NCBI GenBank assembly: GCA_002269645.1
Contig: NIVC01001310.1
Location: 124,001 to 188,000 of the forward strand
Direction: 5' to 3'
Length of the DNA stretch: 64,000 nt
Source of the DNA: Macrostomum lignano
Taxonomy: Eukaryota
The position numbers and the translations under genes were made by a program. Shown here piece by piece: positions 23,729 through 37,312 of this stretch. The notes below the pieces were generated by a model, which was given only the letters and a program-made list of their open reading frames with translations, was not told the DNA's origin and did not search any database. How positions within the stretch are numbered: position 1 is the first letter of the stretch; each line of letters opens with the position of its first letter.

Positions 23729-25366
23729 AAGCCGGTTGCATTCGCAAGCAGAGCCCTATCGGCAGTCGAGTCGAGGTACTCGGGAGGATGAGGCTCTCGC
23801 AATCAAGTTCGGCTGCCTGAAATTTCGACACTATCTCAGCGGCGCCGCCAACTTCACTGTCGTCACCGACCACAAGCCGCTGACCTTCATGCTCAAGCCC
23901 GGCTCGCGCCCACCTCCACGCAGCGAAGGCATGGCGCTCAGCATCAAGGACATGCAGTTCAGCGTCATCTATCAGCCAGGCCCGTTCAACCCGAGCGACA
24001 TCCTCAGCCGGCAGCCAGAGCCCGCTCCGACATCGATCAACATCGGCGAGATCTTGGACTCAAACTTCATCGGCAGCATCACACAAGCGGTGACGCCGAG
24101 AGGCCTGTCCCTGCAGCAAGTCCGGGAAGCCACGGCCCGTGATGCTATTCTATCGACTGTGCTGTCATTGTTGAGAACAGGCAATTGTGATCTGCGGGAC
24201 GGCAGCATCCGACGACTGCACGCCGACAGGCACGAGTTGACAAAGGCTTCTGGCCTTCTGCTGCGAGACCAAAGATTGATAATCCCAAAAGCCCAGCGGC
24301 CCGCTGTTCTCCAGCTTGCTCACCAAGGACATCAAGGCGAGACCAAAACACTGCGCCGACTCAATTCCAAGGTCTGGTGGCCCGGAATGTCAGCTCAGGC
24401 CAAGCAACTGGTAGCACATTGCCTGGAATGTGCGGCCACAAAACATCAAGCGGAAGTTCCGGCAAAACCCACTGCAACCGACTGAGCTGCCGGAGTCTGC
24501 CTGGTCCACCATCGGCATCGACTCTCTTGGACCTGCCAACGGCCGGCATTTCCTGATGATCGTAGACCACAACTCGCGCTACCCCATGGTCGTGGCGATG
24601 AAGTCGATCACAGCTAACCGCGCCACCTGACAGTTACAGCAGGTCTTCCCGACCTTCAGGATTCCCCAGCGGATCGTGACGGAAAACGGTCCGACATTCA
24701 CATCAGAAGCCTTCAGGAGTTTCGTCACAATCCACGGAATCACCAACCGGCGCATCACACCGTACCATCCTGAGGCAAATGGCATTACCGAGCGAATGAA
24801 CAGGTCCCTGAACAAGCTGCTCCACATCTCCAACGCCCAAGGAACCGACTGGAGGACGGCATTGCAGGAGTGGCTCGCCGCGTACCGCAGCACTCCGCAC
24901 ACGGCCACAGGAGTCGCCCCAGCCGACCTGATGTTCGGGAGACCAGTCCAAGACTGCATTCCAGGAGTCAAGCCGCAGGCTCCAGCAAAGACGGTCAGGA
25001 ACAGAGACCGTCAGTACAAGGCCGCCATGAAGCACTACGCCGACCGACAAGATCCGCCGCAGAGCATCGCATCCAAGCTGGCGATAAAGTCCTCCAGCTA
25101 TCGAATCCAGCCATCGAAAACGGACACGCCATTTGAAATTCAGCCCTGGACGATTACGGAGGTCAAAGGCGACTCTGTCATCCTGGAGAGCACGGGCGGC
25201 AGCAACAGGAGACGGACCAGACGAGACCGGCGGTCCAGAAGGCGACCCGACGGCCGCTCCAGCACCCGCGGAGCCACTGGCAGCAGCCGGTGCGGGGGAG
25301 CTGCCAATCACGAACCGTCAGCATCCAAGAAGCTGCAAACTGCCGCAACCCGATTATAGGACCTGA
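23729..25366 (+). pseudogene. Decayed Ty3/Gypsy pol fragment (RNase H-integrase), several frameshifts and stops
   Basis: KPVAFASRALSAVESRY, FTVVTDHKPL, NPSDILSR, AHQGHQG..VWWPGM..C..C, IGIDSLGP, TENGPTF (catalytic D to E), YHPEANGITERMN, YRSTPHTATGVAPADLMFGR. No LTR seen. Confidence 0.9.
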
Positions 25367-25723
25367 ATTTTTTTCCTGCAAAACTGACGAACCAACCTAT
25401 GAACCTCTTTTTGCTTTTACAACTTCAAAAGCTAAGAATCACTCTAGAATTGTCTTCTTCGATCCATTTTGCAGTTTTTTATGCAACAAAAGTAATTTAG
25501 CTAAGTCAAAAGACGCCTCTGAGTTACCTCTGTTCTGCTACTCAAGCAAATTTGTACTACTAGCTCCTTGTAGATCTAACAGTCGTGACAGAGCTGCGCA
25601 AACCACAGATTATTTTATGCATTTCTGTTGTCAAACGCAATCCTATCATGAGAATAAAATGTTTGATTTAACAGGAGGTTTTGTTAACGTAAATACTATA
25701 GCTACAATCAAGGGGTTTTTGTA

Positions 25724-25900
25724 GCCTAGGAGTTACGAGAGCGTCATGCTCACGACTAATTAAAGAATCGGGAGGTTCGATTCTCGATCAACTTGGAACA
25801 ATTTATGTCCTTGAGCATTAGCTGGAGTAAGGAGAGTGTGCATGGCGAGCTCCCAGTCCTTGGACTGAACAGCCGTACGCAGCCTTCAGATGCAGTTGCT
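25724..25900 (+). mobile_element. Possible degenerate second tRNA-derived SINE
   Basis: B-box-like GGTTCGATTC at about 25773, followed by GTCCTTGAGCA; single copy. Confidence 0.3.
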
Positions 25901-25950
25901 TGCAATCTATTATATTAGAAGTCGCATTAGTATTGCATGTATATAAGCCT

Positions 25951-26309
25951 TTTTTTTAGAGGCAGGGGGGTTGTGTGCACCCTGGCGCAATTTAAGCGTC
26001 ATTGGCACACAACCGGCGAGAGGCATTACTGCCCATTCCGCCGACTCCCCTGAGCAGGCATACAAGCGCGCGGATACGTTACGCAGGCACACACTCACAC
26101 AGGAGTGTACAGCGGCCCTAACTTTATCAATTGTTAGGCATGTACACTTCACTGCGCCTTGGGGGGGTTGGCCCTCAAGGCCGTTAATTGCACAAGCGAG
26201 CCAAGCCAAGATTCCAATCCAGCCCCAAATTAATGTGGCTGCACTTGGAATCGAGCCTGGGTCGCGGCACACCAGAGCAGCTGCGCTACCGCTGGGCTAC
26301 GGCCCCCTC
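25951..26309 (-). mobile_element. tRNA-derived SINE copy 1 with 12-bp TSD
   Basis: Head GGGGCCGTAGCCCAGCGG (A box) and GGCTCGATTCC (B box), A-tail, TSD GTATATAAGCCT at 25939-25950 and 26310-26321. Confidence 0.9.
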
Positions 26310-26537
26310 GTATATAAGCCTAGTAAATATTAACTCCGTGTTTTTTTCCTCTTCAGCAAACGTTTCTTTGCTTCCATAAATGGTGTAAGCAGAATGTTTC
26401 AGGGGATCGCATGCACCCCTTACCTCCAATTAATGGTCTCCAAATAAGTTGCGCTCCTCCTGAAAATATTTGAAAGAGTTAACCGGCCATGACTTTGAAG
26501 AATGTCAGAATCCTAAATTTTGCCACCTATTCAGCGA

Positions 26538-26771
26538 GAGACAGGGGCGCCCACCAAGAGACAGAGGCGGCTACCAAAAGACAGGGACGCCCACCAAGAG
26601 ACAGGGACGCCCACCAAGAGACAGGGGCGCCCACCAAGAGACAGGGGCGCCCACCAAGAGGCAGGGGCGCCCACCAAGAGACAGGGGCGCCCACCAAGAG
26701 ACAGGGACGCCCACCAAGAGACAGGGGCGCCCACCAAGAGACAGGGGCGCCCACCAAGAGACAGGGGCGCC
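26538..26771. repeat. 21-bp GC-rich minisatellite (GAGACAGGGGCGCCCACCAA-type), about 11 copies
   Basis: Direct reading. Confidence 0.95.
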
Positions 26772-27694
26772 GTGCCCACGAAAACACTAAATATTGGCGC
26801 CCATTGGCGCCCATTGGCGCCCATTGGCGCCCATACGTGCCAATTAAAATTCCTCCAATTAAAGTTCCGCAAATGCCCCAAGCTACAATTTAATCGCTGC
26901 AAAAACGTTTCTGTGCACAAATTTGCATTTTACTTCGCATTCGACGCGAATTCCATGAAAAATGAGAAAGGAGCAAAACTTACAGCGAGAGCTAATATTA
27001 GTTCTTAAAAAAAATTATCTGTCAAAAACCAGTGTAAAAAGAGGGGGTGGAAAAGCAGTGCTTTTATTCAACTTGGTAGGAATTTGTTTGCCGAATATCA
27101 ACCAGCCGATTTTCGGTGTTTAAACAGCGCTGTTGATTCAACAGCAGGAAATTTTCACTTTTGAAAATTTTACCACTCGGAGCTTGCTTTTATAGTAACA
27201 GGGGGTGTAGAGGTAAAAATTATAGTTGCATGTGTATAGCAAAACTTCGATGAAAAATCTGATTTTTTACGCAGATTTTTGTGAGAAAGAACCGATAAAA
27301 CGAATTAGACTTAACGAATTTTACGAATTAAACTTCTATAACTAAATAAACTAAACTATGAAACTTGCATGTGCGAGTATGTCAAAGAATATGTGCAATA
27401 ATTAACATGTTGCAGCTACTAAGTAAGACTCAGTACAGAGCGTCCAGTTTGACGTCTGACTAGAAAAACAAACTACAATTATCACGCAGTAAAACAAAAT
27501 CGAACAGACTTAAAAAATAGGTTTAAATTAAGCAGGAGGTGTTAGCAGAAATTCGATGCATGTCATAGCCATGCATGGCATGTCATGTATTATATAGTGT
27601 GCCAATAAGTTCATTATCAGTATCGTTTTTCGCCATCACAGTGAAACTAACGCTCGTATAGAGAGAAACAAAAGAAACAAATTTGTCGTCTCAA

Positions 27695-29637
27695 TTACTT
27701 CAAAACCGAAGCGATAGAATCCAAACTGAGCGCCAATAGACGACTCTTCTTGCAAATTGGCTGGCAGATGTTAATCTTGGCCTGCCGGCTTCCTCGGAAT
27801 TTAGCAATTAGGTTATGAATATAGTAGGTGCCGGTCTCGGAAAACTCACCTACCGACAGCATCAGCAGGTAGCGATCTTCAACGCAGTGGTCGTAAACGT
27901 AAGCTACAATCGAAGTCAGAATGCTAATAACAAAGTTAATGAATAGAACGGGGACAAATAGAACATAGAATACGTGCGTAACACTGAGGTCAATGCGGTC
28001 GATTCCGGGTACAAAAATATACGAGTCCACTATGCTCAACGATATTAGAAACGTGTTGTAAAAAGCTTTGAAAAATTCGTCTGCAGTATCCATTCGAGTA
28101 TCTGACGAATTGCCGATTCGTGAAAAAGCAAAACTCGACTGGAACATCCGGGTGAAGAAACAAGTCATCACAAGATAGAAGAAAATGAATACTATTGAAC
28201 TGGAGATGCACGTATAGAAACTGCTCATAAGTGTTGTTATTGGCAGAATGAGCCTGGCATAGCAGATGATGTTAGAGACACTGGCTAGCATGAGCAGCAT
28301 GACGCAGCAGCCACACACTGGGTAGATGAATTCGCCAAGCAGCAAACAGTTCCGCCCTGCATCCATATAGAGCCACAGAAGCAACGCAGCGACAATAAAT
28401 GACACCATGCAGGGCGTCATCCAGCTGACTATTTCCATCACGTTCTTTCTCGGACGTTGTGGGTAGCCAACCTTTCGTCTGCAAAAAATGAACCGATCAT
28501 TGCATTCATTGCAAGGTTTTAATATAAATTGTCACATTGCGGCTCAATTGTAACTCACCGATAGGTCTCCTTCTGCAAATACCAGAAACTGGCGTGCGCT
28601 ACTCCGTAAAGATTTACAAATATCCAGATTAATAGAATGAACTTGAAACCAGTTGGCATCGCCGCATCGCTTCCGCCGCACCGACTTCGCAGGTAGTCAT
28701 TGAGATCCGGCCCGGAGAACATCAGCGTGGCGAAGGTCATGAACAGTGAATTGCATAGATACACACCGAACACTACCTGGTTACGATGGAACAGCAGCTC
28801 AGCCCATCGACGCCAAAGCCTGCCGGAGCGGAAGATGCCCAGCTTTTTTAGTTCAGCCAAATCGCTGCGGCTGTACAAGTCTAGAAGCACGTTGATCGGG
28901 CCCGTCATGAACTGAGGACTGCCTCCGGTGATGTAAGCATCGTATGTAATTTGCTCACTCAAACCAAATGGTTCCGAGTGCACTTGCGGGCTTGAAGCGA
29001 GGTAAATGATAACGTACTCAACATAATTCGCCAGGCCTAGGAACACGCCCCAGCTCATCGGATCCATTCCAAACCTACACAAGGTCTGAATCATTCGCTG
29101 TTGCTGTTCCGTCGTGAACAGGGTCCTGTGAAACAGATCTAACAGACTCTTGCACTCTTCAGTCATACCCGAGCCTGAGGCGGAACCGGCGCTCTCGTCA
29201 GTCATGAAGCGAATCGCGCTCATCAGCACGTGATACGCAGTGAAGCCGTTGTCGTTAATCTCAGCAAAGTCGACGCCAGATTCGTTCATAAACCGGAGAC
29301 AGCGCTGAGCATTGTAGAAGATGGCAATAAAAAACGGATTGGTCGGAAACGGGTGCTTTGAGTTACCGATCGATGACGTGTGAAAAAAGTTGGGATCGCA
29401 ATCCGACCAGGTACCAGAAGTGTCGAAGCTCTGTAAGAACTTCTTCCAATTGAGTCGCCGAGAGGCCGCTTTCAAGTCGTCAACATTGTCGGTCGCGATG
29501 CACTTTATAAATGCAAGCCATTGTCGGTGACCTGGTAGAAACTCTTTGATGTCAAACTGACCTGGCTCATTTTTGGTACTCGTATCTTCCTCCAGGCAAT
29601 GTTGGACCGCAGTAGCAGGTGATACTTTGACTTTCAT
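27695..29637 (-). CDS. TRPV-like cation channel copy C, about 620 aa, 2 exons
   Basis: Exons 29637-28559 and 28478-27695 (80-bp GT-AG intron). Ankyrin-like NGFTAYHVL and GMDPMSWGVFLG, six hydrophobic segments, pore FYNTFLISLSIVD, S6 LFINFVISILTS. Confidence 0.8.
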
Positions 29638-30418
29638 GACGCGATTTTTTAACGCCTAGTTATTTTTTGTCTTTTTCAGTCAGTAGGTTGCCTTTCTATC
29701 GGTTGTTTAAGGTGGTAGCTGTAGCTGCTAAGTGCCTCTGCAACCAATCGGATTGTTTGTACCTCACAGGGCCGAGCAGTCCTTATATTGAGTAGGATAT
29801 CTTCAATTTCTTCCCCAAGACTGGAAATATTCAAGTTATATGAGCCATTTGCTTTGCTTCCTCATACGAATTCTTGTTAACTGATTCTTTTACAAAACTT
29901 TTATTATTCCACTTCCTACGCTTGCACTTGGCTTGGCCAAATATTGAAATTCAATTTGAATGCATATAGTATCTGAGAAGCTACAACTTCAATCTTTCAC
30001 GGCTTCACGTCGAGGCAAATTAAATTTCAATGAAAACAGAAACGGGATGCTTATGCACACTTTGGGAGGAGCTGCTCTTGTAGCATTTGTTCTCCAATAT
30101 GTACATTTACGCTTTGAAGTCTGAATAGTCTGAAGTTGAGATGACCGATGCATCTTGGAGACAAAAGCACGATATGTGAACAGAAATCCGGACTAGTGTT
30201 GATAAGGCCACAGTGAACTAGGATTCCCAGCTAGTGGTGCTAATTCTTATCATCTGGGAATAAACAAGGCTTAAACAAAAGATGAAGAGTGTCAATTTTA
30301 ATCGAACTGAAGGAATCAATAAATAGATATGATGTTTTGTTAAAAAAGGGTACGGCTCGTAGTAGCTACTGCTAAAGTAAGTGTGGAATTCTTCAAATCA
30401 AACTGTCAAATTCGTGTG

Positions 30419-32431
30419 GGGTCTACGACGTTTGCCTGCGGGACGTTTGCCAGCCGACGTTTGCCTGCGGGACGTTTGCCAGCCGACGTTTGCCTGCGGG
30501 ACGTTTGCCAGCCGACATTTGCCAGCCGACGTTTGCCAGCCGACGTTTGCCAGCGGGACGTTTGCCAGCCGAAGTTTGCCTGCCGGACGTTTGCCTGCGG
30601 GACGTTTGCCGGCCGACGTTTGCCGGCCGACGTTTGCCAGCCGACATTTGCCGGCCGACATTTGCCAGCCGACATTTGCCAGCCGACATTTGCCAGCCGA
30701 ATGTTTGCCAGCGGGACGTTTGCCAGTCGGACGTTTGCCAGCCGACATTTGCCAGCCGACGTTTGCCTGCCGGATGTTTGTTAGCCTACGTTTGCCAGCC
30801 GACGCTTGCCTGCCGGAAGTTTGCCAGTCAAAATTTGCTAGCCAATATAAAGCCAGTCAGTGAAAAATTTGATACTGAAACATTCGCAGTTTAGCGGTTT
30901 GACAAAAACCGTTTTTACTCCAACTTTTTGACGGTTATTCGCATATATACAAGTTTGAATGCAAAATCTATAAATAATGAAATTTATGCAAAATCTAAAT
31001 AAATTATGCAATTTATATAGATTTACGTCTAATATCCAGTTTAACAACGATTTTCTTTGAATGTGAAAATATTGTTTACTTTTGACAATTGTGTATCGTT
31101 TTTCCCAGTTTGAGATGTTTGATTTTTGATGTGCGAAAGAAGACGCGCAGATTACAACGGGAATCTCCAGCGATTAAGTTATGAGGCAAACAAAAAGAGC
31201 TGCTGAGCGGTAATTCTGGCTCATATATTTCTCAGTTCATTGGGAGATCTAAAAGTAAGCAAATTGATTCCAATGCTGTTGTATTACTACTCAAGTAAGC
31301 AAGGAAACCGCGATCTCAACGTACATGTGTAGACGAGTCGAATGCGGTACGTTTTTATAGTAAGCTATATAGCTGAATAGCCAGACAAGCCACCAGTAGC
31401 AAGCTAGTAGAATAGCAAGCGCTAGACACTACGTATGCAAAGCTTAGTCATGCCAAGGACTACTAAAGTAGAAGTACGCAGCACTCGAAATCTATGAAAA
31501 ATGTTTTGAAGGCCATAGGGAGATAGGAAGTTTTCATCTTTTCATCACAACAATTGTTATTGCTTTCATACGAGGCAAACCAATGTTCATCTTTTGATAT
31601 GTTGTGCCAAAATCGTTGTTAAACTAGATATTAGACGTTAGACTGATGAACTGCATAATTTATATATTTTGCTTTCAAACTTGTATACATGCGAATAACC
31701 GTCAAAAAGTTGGAGTAAAAACGGTTTTTGTCAAACCGCTAAACTGCGAATGTTTCAGTATCAAATTTTTCACTGACTGGCTTTATATTGGCTAGCAAAT
31801 TTTGGCTGGCAAACTTCCGGCAGGCAAACGTCGGCTGGCAAACGTCGGCTGGCCAACATTCGGCAGGCAAACGTCCGGCAGGCAAACTTCGGCTGGCAAA
31901 CGTCCCGCTGGCAAACGTCGGCTGGCAAACATTCGGCAGGCAAACGTCCGGCAGGCAAACTTCGGCTGGCAAACGTCCCGCTGGCAAACGTCGGCTGGCA
32001 AACGTCGGCTTGCAAACGTCGGCTGGCAAATGTCGGCTGGCAAACGTCCCGCAGGCAAACGTCGGCTGGCAAACGTCCGGCAGGCAAACTTCGGCTGGCA
32101 AACGTCCCACTGGCAAACATCGGCTGGCAAACGTCGGCTGGCAAACATTCGGCAGGCAAACGTCCGGCAGGCAAACTTCGGCTGGCAAACGTCCCGCTGG
32201 CAAACGTCGGCTGGCAAACGTCGGCTGGCAAACGTCGGCTGGCAAATGTCGGCTGGCAAACGTCCCGCAGGCAAACGTCGGCTGGCAAACGTCCGGCAGG
32301 CAAACTTCGGCTGGCAAACGTCCCACTGGCAAACATCGGCTGGCAAACGTCGGCTGGCAAATGTCGGCTGGCAAGCGTCCCGCAGGCAAACGTCGGCTGG
32401 CAAACGTCCCGCAGGCAAACGTCGCTATCCC
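30419..32431. mobile_element. Foldback-type (MULE-like) non-autonomous DNA transposon
   Basis: 9-bp TSD ATTCGTGTG (30410-30418 / 32432-32440); termini GGGTCTACGACGTTTGCC / GGCAAACGTCGCTATCCC. Arms 30419-31053 and 31609-32431 are inverted, each an ACGTTTGCCAGCCG-type array plus about 230 bp of unique DNA. Confidence 0.88.
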
Positions 32432-34090
32432 ATTCGTGTGTATTAGTAACTGGTACAGGCGACTAAAATTGCTCTTTCTTACGTAAGGTATACTCAACAG
32501 CATGAAAAAGTTACGATCCTTTGAGACTGCGCAGAAAATTCTAGTTTAGTAGCTGGTGACTTTTGAGTGACGCAACTTGCGCCACGAAACCCAGAGTTGG
32601 GCTGGGTGAGGAGGGATCGGATGGGATGAAGCTTCCGCGCCCGGTTTTATTGCATTTTTTCAAGCATTTTTTAATATCAAAACGGTTTTACCAGGTGATA
32701 GACACTGGTCGAAAGACACTGCTCACTGGGGCAAAAGGTGGCGACTTTTCAATGTTGCTGAGTATACTAAATGTTCAGTATAGAGCTGCAGATGCAGATT
32801 ATATATTCACCTGGTACATTGTTTTTTATGCGAGGTTTTACAAGTCTGCCAAGTGCTCTCGTGAACAAACTTGAAAATAACAACAACGACCACATGGTGT
32901 TACAGCGGTCCAGACTTTCTAATCGTCAGGCACGAACACTCGCTGTGTGCCTTGAGGTTGGGCCCTCTTGGGTAAAGTCCCAAATTAATTCTACCGCGGA
33001 TATACTGTAGAACCGAACGAGGGGCCAGAGGTGTTTAGCCCTAAGGTTGCTGCATTTACTAGTGCTTTTGAACATTGAGTTTTGTACCTGAAGCCTTTTT
33101 CTTTGCTGGATGCATATCGTTTGCTGTAGCGGTTTGTTAAGGACTTGCAGCGTTCACTCGGATTTTTTGAAGGATGCTTTAATAGGCTTGCCAGATGCCT
33201 CTAATTCTACGGGTAGTTGCACATGTACGGAAGCTATAAATCTACGAAAATATCAATTGTTTTGCAACTGTAAATAATATCCAGATAACTGTGGATTCTT
33301 CCATTAAATATTTGTTATGCATACAAGCACTGTGGCTTGCAATTGTACTTTATAGCGACTCTGCAAACTGTAGGAAACTGGGTATCAGCATAGCATGAAT
33401 GCGGGTTGATTAATTCAATCATGTTGCAACAAGGCTTCACATCACAGAGAATTCTTTTATTTACCTAGCGGCAAAGAGAACTGAGCAAACAGAAGCAAAA
33501 ATCTTTGGGGAATATTTCTCCTTAAATTCTGATTATAAACTTTCCAACTCGAACCCATGCAGTGCCGCTTTTGCGGCCCATTTCATCGAGTCACTTCAGA
33601 AGAAAACTGAAGTTGAAACCATATTGACGCAACTTGAACTATTGCAGAACGTGACCAGAAATTCAATATTATTTGTTTGCTAAAATAGAACTGAAGCTTT
33701 TTAAAGATTTTCTCTTTATTTGTGAAGAAAAAAGACTTGACGATAGATGAGAAGTGTTGACTTAAAGATACAAGATAGGTGCATGGCTGTTCACCTGAGA
33801 AATCTGTGCCAGATAGGGCTACTCATGGCTGACTGCATCGCTTTACGCAGTTGTTCGTTGATATTGTTCGTAGCTCCAGAACTAATTTTCTTTGTTGCTT
33901 CGTTCTCTGTATGACAGAGAATCTTCTGAGTAGCATCTTCCGTTTGTTTCAGACGGTGCTCGAGACCATTTTGCTTCAACAACGGCTTAAGTTACTGCAT
34001 GACATTTTCTAGTGTCCTGCGCGTGATTTAGCGTCGTACACTGTGTCTGTCGCCTCCTTTCCTGTCGACTGCTTTTCCTGTTGGTTAGCT

Positions 34091-34440
34091 GAGGCAGGGG
34101 CTGTACACTTTAAGCGACATTGTCACACAACCGGCGAGAGGCATTGCTGCCCATTCCGCCGACTCCCCTGAGCAGGCACACAAGCGCGCGGATATGTACG
34201 CAGTCAAACGCACAGGCACACACTCACACAGGAGTGCACAGCGGCCCTAATTTTATTTATCGTTAGGCATGTACACTTCACTGCGCCTTGGGGTTTGCCC
34301 TCAAGGACGTTAATTGCACAAGCAGAGCCAAACCGCGATTCCAATTTAGCCCCAAATTAATGTGACTGCATTTGGAATCGAACCTGGGCCGCTGGCACAT
34401 AAAAGCGCCGCGCGCGCTGGACCCCTAGGCGACGGCCCCC
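34091..34440 (-). mobile_element. tRNA-derived SINE copy 2
   Basis: Same body as 25951-26309 (GGGGAGTCGGCGGAATGGGCAG..GCCTCTCGCCGGTTGTGTG); diverged head. Confidence 0.88.
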
Positions 34441-35319
34441 AATTATTGCTTTTCCTGACCAAGCGGGTGGTAATTTTTTCTTCAGGTAATTCTCACAGCG
34501 CTTATGTGAACGTAGCATATGCATTAGCTGATTCATCAACATTAGCAAAATTTGTGTTTCACTAATTGCAGTGGTAATAATACTGTATTGCATCATGCAT
34601 CTACATGAATAAAAAGTATAAAGTCATCCCCTTGACGGAGAGCAAAGTGACGGAGACAAATTTTGTTATTTTTAGTTCTAACCACTGGTGCATACAGTGA
34701 AGACTAGTGCAAACAGACTTTCATGGAAAGTAAATCAAGCAAAGCCAAAGTCAATGGCTATTATATTGTCCCAGTTTTGCATAATTGAGTTTACAGAAGC
34801 TCACTGAGGAAGGGATTGCTAATAAAGAGGGATTTTTGCATAAATCAGATTTTTATCGATTGCTAAAGCTACGAAAAAAGTTTGCTTAATACCATTGACT
34901 TTATATGCATGCAGCAACGATCTGATTAGTGGGTGACAGAGACACATTGTAAATAGTCAAGCGGATTAGTGGAAAAGTCAAACATTAACATTTTAAAGTA
35001 GAAAAATTATTCAGACAAATCAATAGTATATAAACTGACCTTTCGAGTTAGGACTGTGCTAATTGTTTTTTATAATCAGTGTTTTAAGGAAATAATTCAG
35101 AATAGCAGTATATTTATGTCATTTTATATCGTCGGGATTAATAGTTAAACAAACATTTTCAAGAAATTTTCAAAAAATCTGCATGGACTATGTATTACCT
35201 ATGGTGTAATTTAGCCGCTTAGATTGCATGCAGGTTGCATGCACATGGCATGTCTATTATCAATTTCAATGCGGACAAACTATCGGAGGAGATCTCGGCT
35301 CTTCGACGCCATGATATTG

Positions 35320-37312
35320 TTAAAACAGACTGCTTCGACTCTCGCTGTCTCTGTGTCCTGTCGCGCACGTGTCCGATGGCGCATCGATTGCTGATTCGAA
35401 TGAGCAATAGCAGTTCACTATAAGCCTGCTCTGCTTTCGAATAGGACCGCAGAGTTTTATACGAACCTCTCGCCGACGAAAGCACTTACTTAATAGCTTG
35501 TGGATTAGGAAGAAAGTGGTCTCAGCGAACTCTGCCACGGATAGCATCAGCATGTACCTGTTCTCAACGCTATGTTCCTGCACGTGAGCGGCAATCGATG
35601 ACAAAATGCCGATTACAAAGTTGATGAAGAGCACAGGAACAAACAAGACGTAGAATACGTGCGTCACGTTTAGGTCAATACGATCGCTAGCCGGATAAAA
35701 CTTTTCTGCATCGACGATGTTAAGCGAAACCAGAAAGGTTTGATAGAAGGACTTGAGAAACTCGGCCAGATTATCCGGTCGGGTTGTGGTCGAATTTTCT
35801 GCTCTAGAGAAGGCAAAGCTAGACTGAAAAATTCTAGCGAAAACTCCAGTGAGCAGTACGTAGAGAAGGAAGAACCACGAGAACGTCACCATGCTTCGAT
35901 AGAGGCTACTCATCATTGCTGTTAGGCAGTGCAAATGCCGCAAGAAGCTGATCATCTGAGAGAAACCCGCTATTAGAAGCAGCATGATGCCGCAGCCGCT
36001 AACTGGATAAATTTGCTGACCTAGCAAGGCGCAGCTGTGCTCAGTGTCAAGGTAGATCCAGAGTAGAAAAATTGATGTCGGGAAGGCCAAGATGTACGGC
36101 AGGTACCAGCCAAGAATGTCGCCGACATTTTTTCGCGGCGAGCAGGGATATCCTACAGAGCGCCTAAAAGGAGATAAAATTTACTTTTATTTTCAGTTTT
36201 AACTTTGTGAATAATGATTTGATGAAACTGTGTGATAATTAATAATTCGCTTACCGATAGCGTTCCTTGCGCATATAACCGTAAACAACTGCTACGGTGC
36301 CAAAGAAACCAAGCGTAATCCAGCCAATTAGTATTGTAAGTAGACCGTATGGAAACGTAAATGGCTTGTCAGAACACCGATCATTTAAATATTCGTACAC
36401 GTTCGATCCGGCGAAAAATGCACTTGCGAATGTAAATATCAGTGCAACAAACAAGAATTGAACAAAGAACACTCGATTGCGCAAGTACAATGCCTCGGTC
36501 CACTGCTTCCAGAGAAAGCCGGTACGAAAGATTCCTAACGCTTTGATCTCAGCCAAGGTGCTCTGGCTGTAGATATCTACAAGAACGCTGATAGGACTGG
36601 TGAAAAAGCAGAAATTCTCGGCAGTAAAATCTGACACATCAAACGAGATTCGTTCATTAAGACCTTCAGTGTCTGAGTGAGCCAGAGTAGTTGGAGAGCA
36701 GTAGATTAGGACGTACTCAACGTAATTCGCCAGGCCTAGGAACACGCCCCAGCTCATCGGATCCATTCCGAACCTACACAAGGTCTGAATCATTCGCTGT
36801 TGCTGTTCCGTCGTGAACAGGGTCCTGTGAAACAGATCTAACAGACTCTTGCACTCTTCAGTCATACCCGAGCCTGAGGCGGAACCGGCGTTCTCGTCAG
36901 TCATGAAGCGAATCGCACTCATCAGCACGTGATACGCAGTGAAGCCGTTGTCTTTAATCTCAGCAAAGTCGACGCCAGATTCGTTCATAAACCGGAGACA
37001 GCGCTGAGCGTTGTAGAAGATGGCAATAAAAAACGGATTTGTCGGAAACGGGTGCTTTGAGTTACCGATCGATGACGTGTGCAAAAAGTTTGGATCGCAA
37101 TTCGACCAGGTACCAGAAGTGTCGAAGCTCTGTAAGAACTTCTTCCAATTGAGTCGCCGAGAGGCCGCTTTTAAGTCGTCAACATTGTCGGTCGCGATGC
37201 ACTTTACAAATGCCAGCCATTCCGAACGGCTATTGACAATTCTTTTAATATCCATTAGCAATTTGGCTGTCTCTTTACCATCCATAGATTTTGGTGCTAC
37301 TTTTGCCGTCAT
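35320..37312 (-). CDS. TRPV-like cation channel copy B, about 633 aa, 2 exons
   Basis: Exons 37312-36255 and 36163-35320 (91-bp intron at the same YR|R position). Pore FYQTFLVSLNIVD. Confidence 0.8.

Noticed and set aside
25951-26309. tRNA gene
   Set aside because: It has A/B boxes but no complete cloverleaf, and continues into a repeated body with a tail and TSD, so it is a SINE.
30381-32503. Many overlapping 90-250-aa ORFs (ADVCQPTFAS / GKRRLANV repeats)
   Set aside because: Translations of the foldback arm arrays; open in most frames.
33791-33982. Short coiled-coil-looking ORF ending at a GT
   Set aside because: No recognisable domain or partner exons.
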